A stretch of 63,663 bases of DNA, filler included, from Octopus bimaculoides (lineage: Eukaryota), in assembly GCF_001194135.2 (NCBI RefSeq). It is 4 parts of 4 records of this genome, joined end to end, with 100 filler letters (N's around TTAATTAATTAA, not from the genome) between each part and the next. Parts side by side here need not be neighbours in the genome. Positions count along the whole stretch, not along the records: positions 55,708 to 63,663 come from NC_068983.1; 3 more parts are not named here. The stretch is one strand, 5' to 3'. A program made the position numbers and the translations under genes. Positions within the stretch are counted from its first letter, which is position 1. Each line of letters opens with the position of its first letter. The notes under the pieces were generated by a model. That model was not told where the DNA came from. It did not search any database and saw nothing but the letters and a program-made list of their open reading frames with translations. Below are positions 61,177 through 63,663 of the stretch, in pieces.

Positions 61177-61443
61177 AAAAGTATTTTCTTCATATTGCAT
61201 TCCGACACGTGTTTCTGCTGAATAAGTGTCTTTGGGCCCTTTGATGCAATAGCTCGCTTCACCCACCCGTATGGGAAACACCTTGAATGAAACTGTATAG
61301 GACTGTCAACCTTTGGATTTGTATGTGTACTATAAATGATTTTATATAAATCGACTAAATGCACAAAACTAATATATCAAAGGAGTCTCGGACACTTATC
61401 AGTAGAAACACATGTCGGAATGTAATATGAAGAAAATGCTTTT
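61177..61443. repeat. Element of about 265 bp with roughly 55-bp terminal inverted repeats
   Basis: aaaagtattttcttcatattgcattccgacacgtgtttctgctgaataagtgtc / gacacttatcagtagaaacacatgtcggaatgtaatatgaagaaaatgctttt. Confidence 0.85.
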
Positions 61444-61649
61444 TATTAAGTAAATGTTAATTATGTATATCTCTCCATTATTCATTATTATGTCTTGACA
61501 ATATACTCTGTACTCTACGTGAAATCTATTTAAGCGAACTGAGGAATTAAATATTTCCTGTCTTTTGAAGTGATTAGCCAATTCTGGATTTGATGAAACT
61601 TGTAAGATACCTGCCCAGATTTAAAATCCCTATTGTTTTGCGTTATAAC

Positions 61650-61653
61650 TATA

Positions 61654-61739
<86 letters not shown>

Positions 61740-61905
61740 ATGCTTGATGAGCGGTGTTGGTAACTTAACGGTTCAGCAAAATATGCGATAACATAAGTAA
61801 CAGGCTTTGAAATCAAAATACTGGAGTCAATTTGTTTGACTAAAATCCTTTAAGCCGATGCCCCAACGTGGGCCATAGTCCAGTGACTGAAACAAGTAAA
61901 AGAAG
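61650..61905 (+). mobile_element. (GT)n followed by the SINE family C 3' half
   Basis: gcttgatgagcggtgttggtaacttaacggttcagcaaaa...gactgaaacaagtaaaaga. Confidence 0.75.
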
Positions 61906-61989
61906 AGACTGGACAACAGGTAGAATGCAAATATGCTTTGGGTGTGACTCTGCATCAAATAAAATTCATTACAACTTTTTGAGGTGTAC

Positions 61990-62267
61990 AGTATAGGGGT
62001 GACCCCTACTTTGGTCATGAATGACCATGGGATTGCACCTAGAAAGTTACCCTCCGAGGCACAAATTCGGGCAAGGTTGTTTATGGAAGACCAGCAGTCG
62101 CCCATGCATACCGGCCTCCCCTCAACACGCCAGCGATGTTATCCAAGAGAAAGGCAAGGGCTGATACAGCTTCGCACCTGTGACGACGCAACTCATTTCT
62201 ACAGCTGAGTGAACTGGAGCAACGTGAAATAAAGTGTCTTGTTCAAGAACACAACACGCAGCCCGTG
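61990..62267 (-). mobile_element. SINE family F body and tail, cut by a gap
   Basis: Reverse complement cgggctgcgtgttgtgttcttgaacaagacactttatttcacgttgctccagttcactcagctgtagaaatgagt... Confidence 0.8.
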
Positions 62268-63224
62268 TTATATATATATATATATNNNNNNNNNNNNNNN
62301 NNNNNNNNNNNNNNNNNNNNNNNNNNNNNNNNNNNNNNNNNNNNNNNNNNNNNNNNNNNNNNNNNNNNNNNNNNNNNNNNNNNNNNNNNNNNNNNNNNNN
62401 NNNNNNNNNNNNNNNNNNNNNNNNNNNNNNNNNNNNNNNNNNNNNNNNNNNNNNNNNNNNNNNNNNNNNNNNNNNNNNNNNNNNNNNNNNNNNNNNNNNN
62501 NNNNNNNNNNNNNNNNNNNNNNNNNNNNNNNNNNNNNNNNNNNNNNNNNNNNNNNNNNNNNNNNNNNNNNNNNNNNNNNNNNNNNNNNNNNNNNNNNNNN
62601 NNNNNNNNNNNNNNNNNNNNNNNNNNNNNNNNNNNNNNNNNNNNNNNNNNNNNNNNNNNNNNNNNNNNNNNNNNNNNNNNNNNNNNNNNNNNNNNNNNNN
62701 NNNNNNNNNNNNNNNNNNNNNNNNNNNNNNNNNNNNNNNNNNNNNNNNNNNNNNNNNNNNNNNNNNNNNNNNNNNNNNNNNNNNNNNNNNNNNNNNNNNN
62801 NNNNNNNNNNNNNNNNNNNNNNNNNNNNNNNNNNNNNNNNNNNNNNNNNNNNNNNNNNNNNNNNNNNNNNNNNNNNNNNNNNNNNNNNNNNNNNNNNNNN
62901 NNNNNNNNNNNNNNNNNNNNNNNNNNNNNNNNNNNNNNNNNNNNNNNNNNNNNNNNNNNNNNNNNNNNNNNNNNNNNNNNNNNNNNNNNNNNNNNNNNNN
63001 NNNNNNNNNNNNNNNATATATATACATATATATCGGAACATACATTTGATATATAAGTGTGCAAGTGCGCGTGTGTGTTTGTACGTGTGCCTGGTCGTAT
63101 AGAATTACACAAACATGTTAAGGTGTTTATGTGTGTGCGTCATGTAAAATTTTTTGTTTCTTCAAAAATTTACGATGAAAAACAACCGAATAATGAAATA
63201 ATATACTTACACACATACACACAT

Positions 63225-63288
<64 letters not shown>

Positions 63289-63614
63289 ATATATAATTAT
63301 GTATACACACATATCTATGTATATACACACACATAAGAGAAATTTCTCTGAAGGGAAAAGAAAAATGAAAACAAAAATGTAGAAAACGAACCAAAACACT
63401 CACAGGCACATATACACTCACACTTGTGTATATATTATTTGTTTATTTTTCTTATATGTGTGTTGTGTATATGAGTGCGCGCGTGTGTGTGTACGTATGT
63501 GTGTATATATATATGTATGTATGCAAATATATATATATATATATATATGAAAATATTTGTATAAATATATATATATGCATGAATATATGTGTCCGTACAT
63601 GTATATAATATGTA

Positions 63615-63663
<49 letters not shown>

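Noticed and set aside
51-63608. Dozens of long ORFs (poly-YI, HT, CV, LS, poly-T/L/M, X-runs)
   Set aside because: They are translations of microsatellites or read-through of N-gaps, with no protein signal.

Overview
Eukaryotic, AT-rich, repeat-saturated genomic DNA with about 14% N-gaps. The tRNA-derived SINE families and (TA)n/(CA)n/(TACA)n microsatellites look like a coleoid cephalopod genome, most likely Octopus; this is inferred from recognising the repeats, not from a search. Three 100-bp spacers (N44-TTAATTAATTAA-N44, stops in all six frames) show the window is four concatenated scaffolds: 1-19355, 19456-49136, 49237-55607 and 55708-63663. I found no intact host protein-coding gene, and nearly all long ORFs in the track are microsatellite or N read-through. 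Coding remnants are all from mobile elements: a full-length mariner with one premature stop, two further mariner relics, a decayed Chapaev3-like transposase, three Penelope-like (PLE) RT fragments, RLE-type (R4/Dong-like) LINE 3' ends, and RTE, CR1/L2-like and I/Jockey-like LINE fragments. There are also at least four SINE families (my labels A, B, C, F) and several foldback/MITE elements. The most unexpected signals are: (i) about eight dispersed minimal hammerhead-ribozyme-like motifs of PLE type, two with a compensatory U3:A8 core; (ii) two RLE retrotransposon copies whose 5' junctions both sit on (TACA)n repeats; (iii) one scaffold (49.2-55.6 kb) whose old repeats are strongly CpG-decayed, unlike the rest; (iv) a SINE that carries an internal microsatellite; (v) a 620-bp TIR element with a 6-bp TSD. 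I do not see a convincing novel multi-gene system.
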